NCBI RefSeq assembly: GCF_000315625.1
Contig: NW_005434420.1
Span: 1 to 46,978, forward strand
Direction: 5' to 3'
Source of the DNA: Guillardia theta CCMP2712
Taxonomy: Eukaryota; Protista; Cryptophyta
DNA length: 46,978 nucleotides
This document shows, piece by piece, positions 24,401-37,989 of the stretch. How positions within the stretch are numbered: the first letter of the stretch is position 1; every line of letters begins with the position of its first letter. The position numbers were made by a program, and so were the translations under genes. Below the pieces are notes generated by a model. The model searched no databases, was not told the origin of the DNA, and saw only the letters and a list, made by a program, of their open reading frames with translations.

Positions 24401-25159
24401 CCAGACAACATCGTTCATGCAATCTACCTCGTTGTTCTGAGTGAACTCAATGTACTTGTTCTTTCTCCTGTCGTTCCCAAATTCCTTCGTGTCCAGCGCA
24501 GTGCAGGTCTCCAAATATTCAATCGGAAGAATCTTGAGGAGAGTGTCAAGAGAATCAAAATATTCGAAGGCGCTGTATAGTGCAGGGTCATAGAACTTGT
24601 AGTAGTCCAGAAATATGTTTTGACGAGTGCCAGCATTGTACACATCACTCCAGATGAAGATTTGATCTACAGTATCATACTCCATCACTGTTAGCAGTGT
24701 AGGCTGTAGGTCGTTTGGCAGCTTCTGTGTTCTTTCTATCCCAGAGCTCCAAGATTCTATCGTGAAGTGCAAGAGAGGGTTTGTCAGGTTTCGGATTGCA
24801 CAGCTAGCGTCTGTTGGGTCGAGGCATCCAGATACATAGTTTACACCTGCTCCTGAATTCGGGACGGAGTTGTCGAAGACTGTGACAGAATACTCCATCA
24901 CCTCTGCGAGCAAGATGTAGAAGATCTCTGCAAGGATCCTCGCAGAAGCCCATCCTGCATAAGGAAGCAAGACGTCGTGAAGACTGCCATCAGCGTACCG
25001 CAGTTTCCTCAGGCTGCCCGTCTTGTTTACGTTGAATTGTGGGAAGGAGAAGGAGGTCTGCGTGAGGCATTGCCTCGGATGAGGCACAGGGTTGAAGGAA
25101 GTAGCTGATCCAGCCCTCACCACTGCCATCAGTCCTGCCAACAGTGGAAGCACCAGCAT
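21465..25159 (-). CDS. Type I membrane receptor: signal peptide, periplasmic-binding-protein (type 2)-like ectodomain, GCC2/GCC3 (ephrin-receptor-like) Cys repeats, one TM, cytoplasmic RelA/SpoT-like nucleotidyltransferase domain (~1115 aa)
   Basis: Exons 25159-22845, 22664-22568 and 22406-21465 join in frame through canonical GT-AG introns (phase 2, then phase 0). Signal peptide MLVLPLLAGLMAVVRAG; WASARILAEIFYILLAEVMEYSV and VACQWVQTNMDTWKHWIP bracket a PBP2-like domain; CSPCPAGSFC/LCPIDSFCP repeats; TM VVLVVILVPIFVLLLLVG; RVKSQHRMREK, NIVDPVRLSVV, RIRNKF, GGLR, GEVQVH in the last exon. Confidence 0.8.
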
Positions 25160-25703
25160 GAGCGCGCAGGTCCAAGCCGGTTACAACACGAGGGCGATCG
25201 TCATCCTCCTGCAATAGGTGTAGTTTTCAGTGTGTTTCATGTTCCAGCATCTCTTTAGAACTTAATATCGTCCTTCTAGGACTTCAAGTACAAGCAATAC
25301 GCCCGATTTCTACTCCTCATTTCGATGTCGCCCTCTCCTCGTCGTAGGCTCTCTCTCTCTCTCTCTCGCCCATGCGCACACTACCTATGTTTGACCTGAT
25401 CTCCTCCCTTCCCCCTCCCGGCTGATCTGCTCTGATGTGATCTGCTCTACTGTCGCCACTGAGTGTAGCACAAGCGATGCTCGTGCACGTGGAAGATCTC
25501 TATGTGTGCTCTGCTCTGCTCTCCTCTCCTCTTCATTCCTCCCCTCCCCTCCCCTCCCCTCTCCTCTCCTCTCCTCTCCTCTCCTCTCCTCTCCTCTCCC
25601 CCCTCCCCTCCTCTCTTTCAACTGTTTTATATCTCAGGTTCTCAACTCTACTGCCGACTTACTTTTGATCTGCTCGTATCGCCTTAACGACTCTGCGAAC
25701 TGA

Positions 25704-25827
25704 TTCCTAGCTCAACAACACTGCCACGAGCTCTTCCTAGCTCAACAACACTGCCACGAGCTCTTCCTAGCTCAACAACACTGCCACGAGCTCTTCCTAG
25801 CTCAACAACACTGCCACAAGCTCTTCC
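25704..25827. repeat. 30-bp minisatellite x4
   Basis: ttcctagctcaacaacactgccacgagctc four times head to tail with one mismatch and no spacers. Confidence 0.93.
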
Positions 25828-28392
25828 GTTCTCGTGCCATAGCTGTGTGGCTCTTGCTCATTTTGTCCTCAAGACAAGAAAAGACAGCGAGAACCAACCC
25901 TAATCCTGCCAACTGCTATCCCCCAAACTTAACTGATATCTTCACTTAACTACGCGGAGGTCCTCGGACTGAGGGACCGCCGTGCTACTGCAAGTGACTA
26001 GGGAGCAACGAGTTGAAAATGTTTTATTACAGATCACGTCCACACTCGATCCATATGGGATACGCATTGAACGTTGAGTAGTTGGTTTATTTGAACCCAA
26101 GTTCAATGGTATGAGATATCTGAGTAACGAATGGGACCGTTGTAGTGACGCATTGATCAGAATCTTTAGCTATAAATACATCAGAGAACAAGTTGAACCT
26201 GGGCCATTGGTCTGGATAGGTCAAGCTTCACTTCGTCGAAGATGTTCGATGTGCGACCTGTTGTACAAAAGAAAGAAGATCGAATTGCGATCGGCACGGG
26301 TCAGCATACAATGATGCACCTTGTAAATTGCTCATGTGATTTATCAGATAAGGAACTGACAACGGTCCTGCGCAGTCAGTGACGTGATGGCCATCATGTC
26401 TTGACTTAATCAGGATAAAGATGTGCAGTATCACTAAAAAACATTCTTACAGTTCAGCACTTCTAGGTATTCTTGTACCTGTATCAGAACAACAGACTGT
26501 CGTTGAGACTCTGATTGATGACCTTCCAGCTGTTATCGTGCAAGATCAGTGCTGGAATTTATTTCTGATGGCAACAAACGTCATCAGATTACTCGTGATA
26601 TCACGTAGAGAAAGTCATGCAAGGATCAATCAGGTCAGTGAAAGAGCATTTATTTTTGAATTCCGAGGGAGTTGATGTAGACAAAGGTTGGGTGTATCAA
26701 GGACTAGGAAATACTAATGCAATGACGATAAATTTTAAGAAGGCTGTTAGCAATCCTAGAGTGGATCTTGAAGCTTTTGACCGGTTTGATTGGATCATAA
26801 TCTCCGTTCCAAAATTGTCATGCGTACAGGACCAAAATTCTGAAGTTGCCCTTGTCTCCCCGTGGCTAGGTTTTGAGCTCGCATCAATCCTGCTTGATTC
26901 CACTGTCCTTCGGCAGGAAATTCTTGCTGATGGATCTAGTAATTCGCTCTTCTGTTGCGTTGACCAGTCACGATGATGCAGGTTGCCTGGGTCAGGCTGG
27001 TATGAAACGTTCGTGACAAGATTTTCACGTGTAGATTCTACAGCAACAAGAGCATTTGAGCCATAGAATGAACTAAAGCTCTCCATCGAAGTAGGATCTG
27101 TCATGCCAAGAACAGTCTGTCTGATCTGATTGAGTCGATGGTCCAAAGCCTGGGGAAAAGATGTAGCGTCGAGGGAACAAACTGCGATGGTGAAGGGAAA
27201 GAGCGGTTGATGAATGCCATATCCGCACACCAAATCCCATCGTTCCATTTTCGTTTCAAGTCACAGGACATCGAAACGTTGTTAAATCAAGACCTTTCAA
27301 GAGATATCCCCAGATCTCATCGGGTTTTTGGGCCGTAAAGCAACGATCACGAGGGCAGCTTACGGGCGGATCGCTATCAGTTATCATCCAACCGTCAGCA
27401 AGTCCCGTCGCCGCTCGGAATGGCCTTACAGGCGACCTCAAAGAGGTTGTAAAGGTCCGTACAGTAGGCTAGACTCACTGCTTGTTGCCGTGACCAACTT
27501 ACTTCGAGTCGGTAGCATCATCACTGGGCCGGGCTGCAATTGAACAGCTGCTTGCTCGTGACCGTTCGGGATTGGGACGAGTTTTGGCCTCGCTGCTCGG
27601 TGTGACCGTACGGAGAACCGTACGGGATCCGATGATCTCAGTCACGGCGCCCCGGCGGTGTGGCCGGGCGGCCTGCAGTGCGGCACTGCACCGGGTGACC
27701 GCCGCACTCCGGTCAGCCTGGCAGGGTTGAACCGCCCGCCACGGAGGCTTCTCAGTTCAACTGAGAGTCAAAGTTAAGTTAAAGATCGCCCTGCCAACTG
27801 CTCAGTGTCCCCAAAACTTAACTTAACTAGTAACTTTCCTGATACCTTCACCGTAACTGCGGCGCGCAGGTACGGCCCCGCGGTTCTCGGAGGCTCCCGG
27901 GCCCGCCGCGCCGCGTCCCGGCGACCGGGTGACTCAGTGGCGCGGACTGGGACGGCCACCCGCGATGATGGCGGCGAATGTCCGTGTGCCGCGGCGGCCA
28001 GTACGGAACTGAGTGACTGAACCGTTCAACTGAACAGTGATGGCTCACTGAGTGGGCCGGCCCGCCGCGCCGGGCCGCCGCGCCGGGCCCGGCCCCCTGA
28101 TGAGACCGGTGAAGATCGGCACACACAGTCATGGCGGGGACGGTGACGGTAGCGGAAGAGACAAGAAGCTGCAAGGATGATGGCGGAGATGGAGATGTGA
28201 CGATGTGAGGGCGATCAGTGTGCCTTGAATCTCTATACAAGAGCAGCTCATGAAAGGTCAGTGAGCTGAAAGTGTGAGCTCGAATCGTTGACCTTGTTCG
28301 AGCCAGAACCTTGCTGACATGTCCTTGCTATGATGACAGGCTAAGTGATGCAAGCATAGGTAATCGAAGCTACCGGGAAGAGGCAGCGTGAC

Positions 28393-31284
28393 ATGCAGCC
28401 CTCAGCTTTGACGAGATCACGGCTCCTACTTGTCTTCGTCGTTCTAGAGGTGACGCAAGGAATGTAAGCATCGTTTATGACGAATGGAGCAGGTGGCAGC
28501 AAGTCACAAGGTATCGGTCGAAGGACCTGCAGTCTATGTCGACGAGCACGCGAGGATGTGAGTTGGAACGCGATAGCAGAGCCTCTCTTCGCCCCTTGTC
28601 TCCCTCACCTGCTGGCAGGCGCATCAAGCCAGGGCAATACCTCAAGACTGTCCTCCTGCGAGTAGAAGGGCACAGCTCTCCCATCGCCATCCCCGTCCAT
28701 GATGGAGAGGTGGCTGATCTGATCGCTGCCTCCTTCTTTCGCCAGTACAACCTTCCCTTCGACGAGTCTTACATTCCAGGTGAGCTCCGTGGTGTTATGA
28801 GCTGCTTGAGGAAAACTGCTGCATTGTTGCTGGTTTGACTGATTCTCATTGTGATGGTTGATGCTTCTTGTTCTTCTCTCTTCTCGTTCTTGCTGTCCTC
28901 TATCACCCGATGGCTTTGATGGCTGTCTGACTTACCTCATTCAGTTCACAACACAATCGCCGCGGTCCTGAAGAGGGAACAAGGCCCTGAAGACATCTCG
29001 AAATCGCGAGTGGATCCGAAGATTGCAGCGCAGGTAGCGGCGCATCCTTTCTTGGAGAGCTCGGACAAGAACAAGAACGTCTTCCTTGTGGTTGAGATTC
29101 ACTTTGAGAGAGGAGGGGGGGCTGGAGGGAAAACCTTGCTATTTGAGGTCATGGAGGGGGAGGAGCCGTTGGATGCTGTGGCAAGGCACAAGGATGCTCA
29201 AGATCTTAGTGAGGTGGAGAGAGAGTTTGCAGTGAAGCACGTGACAGACAGGATCATCGACAAGCTCTTGCTCGAGGAGAAGAAAGTGGCTGAGATGCAG
29301 AGAGGAGATCGAATTGCGGCCATGTTTGGCGTGGAGGCAACAAGTAGCCAGACCTTGCAGTCTCCCCTCCGGCATGACAGCGACCCTTCCTGGAGGAGGA
29401 CGGATCCAGACGACCTTAGGGATCAGGATCGCGTACAAGAGATGCTCTTCCATCTACAGCATCCTCCCTCCTGCAGCGATCGCAACCTAGTGGTTTTCTC
29501 CATGGACAGAGCGATCTGGGGCCTTGCGGTGAATATTCACTTCCTCACTCTCCTCCTCAACTTCTGCTGGAGGCACAACCGAACGCTGGTCACCGCAGAC
29601 CCCGATCACTGGAACTACGCGGGGAGAGAGTGCACGAGAGGATGGGAGTGCTTCTTCCACCCCATCAGCTCATGCAGGGAGGATGACGTCTGGCAGCCCT
29701 ACACCTCTGACATTCGCAATGACATCCTCTTCGACTTCCGCGGCTACCTCTACCAGGTCGACACCAGCACCCAACGCGTCCTCCACTTCTCCAACGTGGA
29801 CGGGCCTTGGCTGCAGCTTCTGTCGCAGGAGGAGTATCGTCTCTTCCTGCCGGAGACCTTCCGGCATCGCGGACACCTCTGGTGGCGATCGCAGCTGACT
29901 AAGTTTGTGATGCGGGAGAAGCCGTTTGTGAGGAGATACGTGGAGGAGCGTCGCACGGCCATCGGCTGGCACCGCGACCTTGTGGCCCTTCATGTTCGGC
30001 ATGGCGACAAGTCGTGGGACGTCGCTCACCAGGTGAAGTGAAAGTGACGAACAGGAGAGCAAGAGGCAGGGAGGAGGTAGCCATGGCAAAGTAGAGGATA
30101 CACGAGCTTAGCCATCCTCCTCCTCCTCCTCCTCCTCCTCCTCCTCCTCCTTTTCCATCGCTTTCTCCTCCTGCTCCGCGATAACTTGTACTCCAGGCAT
30201 CTTACATGGGAGGGCTTCAGCCCTACCTCGACAAGGCCGCGCGGCTTGCAGGAGGACAACGGGGACAGCTGCGTTACTTCATCAGCACGGATGATCCAGG
30301 GGTCCTAGAAGAGGCCCAGGTGACCGGTCATGCATGCTCCTGCGCCTGATGCGGTGGTGCAGGCTCGGTCTCTCGATGCAGTGTGGGATAGAGAAGAGGC
30401 TCGTTACAACGGCACGCACATCTACTCCCCTCCTGGCGTGTCGGAAAAGAAATGGCCAGGCTTCCCGGGCAGCGACGACCGAGTCAACACGCTGAGGTCA
30501 ACAACCATTCCACTTCCTCCTCCTGTCTCCGCTGCACTTCCACTTCCTCCCCTCCTACTCTTTGATGCAACCCTTCTCCCGCACCTCTTCCTCCTCCCAT
30601 CTCGTCGCTTCTCGTCTGACGTGCATGCACAGCTATACGCTGGACAGCATCAAAAGCGTCTTCCTGCTCGCCGACGCGCGCTGGTTCGTTGGCACGACGA
30701 CGTCTTGCTTCTCTCGCCTGGTCTATCAGGTCCTCAGCGCCTCTTGCACCCGTTCCTCGGCTTTCATCCCAGCTCATCTTCTTTGTAGCTCTCCTCCTCC
30801 TCCTCCTCTCCCTCGTCCTCTCCCTCGTCCTCTCCCTCTCCCTCGTTCTCTCCCTCTTCCTCTTCCACGTTCTCTTCCTATTCCTTGTTTTTTGTTCTCG
30901 AAATCCCTCCGAGCTTCTCTTCCTCCTCCCTCTTCTGCTCGAATGCTGCTGTTTCCTTCTCTTTTCCTTTCTTGTCTTTCGCTTCTTTCTCAATTCTTTC
31001 TTCAGCTGCGAGTAGCGCGGAACTTGCAGCATGCGGACATGAGCAACGCGTGGACAGTGGACAGGTAAGGCGGATAGCCGGCAATGATGGCTGGGAGGGA
31101 ACGAGGGGCAAGAGGAACGTGAGAGGAAGTTGCCAGAGGGTTGAGAAAGAGAAGCAGGAAGAGGAAGGAGAAGAGAGAAAGACAAAGGGAGAGGGAGGGA
31201 GGAGGTGGGAGGGGGGAGAAGGAGCTGTCTTTCTCTCTTATTGACATGGCAGAGACCCACGTTACCCTCAGTGGGAGGGCTGGA

Positions 31285-31298
<14 letters not shown>
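28393..31298 (+). CDS. Alpha-1,6-fucosyltransferase-like protein (GT23, FUT8/NodZ family), multi-exon, secretory
   Basis: N-terminal hydrophobic MQPSALTRSRLLLVFVVLEVTQG; LFHLQHPPSC, GWECFFHPISSC, WWRSQLTKFVMR, ALHVRHGDK (FUT8 HVRRTDK-like motif I), YFISTDDP (motif II), FVGTTTSCFSRLVYQ (motif III). Last exon RDPRYPQWEGWIIDP* ends at 31298. Confidence 0.85.
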
Positions 31299-34528
<3,230 letters not shown>

Positions 34529-35203
34529 CACTGCATCTGCATGATCATCGTCATCGTCGTCATCATTATCATCTGTTTTGTCTCCACCATCTTCATCACC
34601 TTCATCGTCTTCACCATCTTCGTCGCCTCGTTGTCGCTTCCTCCAACCACCGCCCTTTTTGCTGCATGCCTGGCGAGAAGAAGCCCAGAAGACGAGGGCC
34701 GTAGCGGGGACGAGGGTTACTCAAGGCCCGGCCGGGGTAATTTCCCGAGTCTTTCTCAGTGATTTTTTAAGACGGGTTGGTCTGAGTGGAGATGAGGTCG
34801 TCATCGAAAAAAGTTGTACGATGGTGGCCGCAAGGTACGAAGTTGGGGAGGAGGAGGAGGAGGAGGAGGAGGAGAATCAGATGGAGGAGATGGAAGAGGC
34901 AGGAGGATAAGTGGGTGGAAGAGAAGAGTGAAATCAAGAACCCTTCATCTCGATCAGGACGAGGAAAGGCTACAGGAACAAGAACAAGGACAGTTGAGAT
35001 TGTCATGTCTAGCTAAATGCTTCAAGATTTGTGTTGATAGGAAGATGATTCTCTTCCCTGCTGTGGATGCAGTTTCGATAAAACAGACAGCAGTTGACCA
35101 AGTTTTGGTTCCCCCCCCCCCCCTTTTCTCCCTGCAACCCGGACAATTTTGCTGACTTCGTGGCTACCAAACACTGACATTCCTCCTGACCTCTGCTCGC
35201 AGG

Positions 35204-37820
35204 ATGTTACGAGCCTCCGTCCTCTTGTGTATGACCGCGCAGTCGTTCGCCTTCAGAGCAGGTGAGCAGGCTGACAAGACAGGAGGGTGAAGGTGCTGAC
35301 GGGAGAGCAGCGCTGTATCCCATGACAAGACATGTAGCTAAGACCCAGCTTCCCAGCCATCGAGGTGCCTCAGCTCGCTCACTTGCGACTCTTTACGTGA
35401 CCTGCTCTCCCCTCAGCCACTCCCGCCATCCTCCGGCAGAGGCCTCGTCTGAACTCTCTGAAAAGTAAGAGAAGGAGGAAGAAGGGAGGGTTGGGGGCAG
35501 GTAGCGATGAGTAGAGGAGAGCAAGAAGACAGTGGGAGGGTTGCGGAGGGAGGAGGCAAGAGACAGGATGAAGCATGGAGTCTTGCATGATCTGTGCTCC
35601 AGTGGAAACGAACCCAAAGGAGCTCCGACTCGAGCTCACTCTCGGCGAGCTCTGCAAGACCCTGGTGGGCCCATAGACCCACCTTGTGCTTTCTGATGGT
35701 AAACGGCAGGTCGGGACCTGTACGTCCGGTACCCTCTGCACAACCCTCCCGGTCCGAGAAGATTTCGACGGGCTCCACAGGTTTCTCCCCTCCTCCTCCT
35801 CCCTCCCATCCTTCTCCCCTCTACCTTTTCTTTCTTCTCTTCTCCGCTCCTCTCCCCTCCCTGCTCTCCTCCCCTCTCCCTCTCCCTCTCGTCCCTTCTC
35901 TGATACGCTGGAAGGTTCGGCCCACAGTCCCAGGCCACCGTAGAGAAGTGGGAGAAGTACGGGAAGGAGTATCCATTCGGTGACGAGCTGAGAATTCAGC
36001 TGAGGGAGAGCTGAGGATGGACAGGAACGCTGGTGAGCTACTTGTTGAACGAAGAAGGGCAGCCGTACATGCTGCTGGCCAACAACGCGGCGCACACTCG
36101 CAACATCATGGCGAATCCCAAGACGGCGCTGTACGTGCAGAACCCGCAGAGCCCGGGACAGAAGGGAGCGCGTGTGACGCTGGTGGGAGAGATTGAGAAG
36201 ATCTCCAACCCGCAGGTCAGGAGGAGGAGGACGGAGTGAGACGGTTGGAGGATGGAGGGAGGGGGGGGGAGGACGAGCAGGAGTTGACTTGCTGACTGCT
36301 GCGCAGGAGCTGAAGGACTGCAAGGAGTTCTACGCCGACAGATTCCCGGACCAGGCCGAACCTCTCGAGGACGATCGATTCTCTCGCTACTTCACCATGT
36401 GCGGCCCCACCTGCCCCAGCTCCACAGCAGCTGATGATGTTGGCAGGTATAAGCTGATCATCAAGGACATCTACTACGTGTCTGGCTTCGGAGTGACAAC
36501 CTGCTGGGTCAACCCTGAGGAGTTTTCAAAGGCGCAGGCCGATCCTCTTGCGCCTTTTTCTCAGGTCCTCTCCCCCACTGCCTCCTGTGCCTCGTGAGCC
36601 TGCCTTGCAGGAGCTGCTGGACGAGTGGAATAGGAAGAGACAATCTGAGTACCAGGCCCTTGCCGCGGTGAGATGGAGGAGGAGAGGAGAAGCTGGGGAT
36701 GAAGTCGAGGTGGTTGTGGGGGGGGGGGTCAGGGCTGTTGGTTGTGGCACAAGTATAGATTGAAGAAGAGGAGGAAGGGGGGGCAGAGGGAGGAAACACT
36801 TTTTCACGAGCTTCTACAGGCTTTCTTCGGCTCCGAGCTCGACCTGGACGATGTTGACAGCCCTCGCATCACGCAGGTATGACCCACTACCCTAACCCCC
36901 TCCTTCTCCAATACACACCCTCCCGCCCTACTCTGTGTACGCCCGATTCCTTCCTGCCCCTTACCCTCTCTCTCCTCTTCTCCCCTCTTCCTACTCTACG
37001 CCTTCTCTTGCTCTTGCTCCCCCGCCTCCCCCATGCTCATCGCTCCCTGTAGCTTGACAGGTTTGGCTTCGACTTTCGTTTTCGTTTCCCCAGAAAGGAT
37101 GGACAGCATGTGAGTTGCCTTGGCCCAGATCTTAACCTCTTATCCTGAACTTACACCACGATCTATCTTTTCTCCTTCCCATTGAAATTTCCTCTTCCTC
37201 GTCCCCATCCCCATTATTATCCTCGTCCCAAGCCGCATCCCCATCATCCTCTCCTCCTCACGACGGTTTCATATCCCATCAATGATGCTCAGTCACCTTC
37301 GATGGCAAGTTAGTGTTGGGGCGTGTGACCTTTGCACAGGACGGGCAGTACGACATTCGCGAGTATCGCATCGGCTTCCGTAACCACGCCATGTCGAAGG
37401 AGGAGGCTCAAAGCGCCATGTTCAAGATTTTGCAGGAGGTGCGTAGAAGAGGAAAGCTGATTTGAAGATGAGGGGGCCCGAAAGGGAGAGAGAGAGGAGA
37501 CAAGGAGAAAAAGGAGACACGCAAGGAGGAGACACACAGACAGGCAGAGGATGGGAAGCCTGCAGTTGACACCCTGGCACAGGCGTGGGAGAAGATCAAC
37601 GGATACGATGACGAGGTAGGAAGATTCAATCTCTCTTCTCCTCTTCACTAGTCCAGTCCCCCTCCCCTCGTTTGGATTCTAATCACATCAGCAGTGGGGT
37701 GATTTGGATAACCCCCCAATGATCCTAAAGAGAGCAACCGACCTTGAGGTGCCTGGCGTCTCCTTCCTAAACCCCAATGACAAGCCTGACAGGTTGCGCA
37801 ACAATCGAGCAAACCCATGA
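35204..37820 (+). CDS. Plastid-targeted glutamyl-tRNA reductase-binding protein (GluBP/PGR7)-like or HugZ-like protein (PNPOx-like split barrel plus DUF2470-like domain), multi-exon
   Basis: Bipartite leader MLRASVLLCMTAQSFA-F followed by an S/R/A-rich transit peptide; SGTLCT, YPFGTLVSYLLNEEGQPYMLLANNAAHTRNIMANPKTALYV, ARVTLVGEI, IYYVSGFG...WVNPEEFSKAQADPLA, LDRFGFDFR, YRIGF...AQSAMFKILQE|AWEK. Stop at 37818-37820. Confidence 0.8.
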
Positions 37821-37989
37821 CGGTAACGGGAGCGCAACGGGACTAGAGAGGCGGGCTTGTTAAAATCCACACCATTTCTTATAAACCAAAATATCCTCAC
37901 ACCCAAACAATCAATCGAACAAACCGACTTAAATTTCTTGTTGACTACTGAAGCTTCTCAAAGATCTTGTTGACCACTGCAGCTTCTCA

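Noticed and set aside
25704-25827. 30-bp repeats as a CRISPR array
   Set aside because: Units are contiguous with no unique spacers, there are no cas genes, and the context is eukaryotic.
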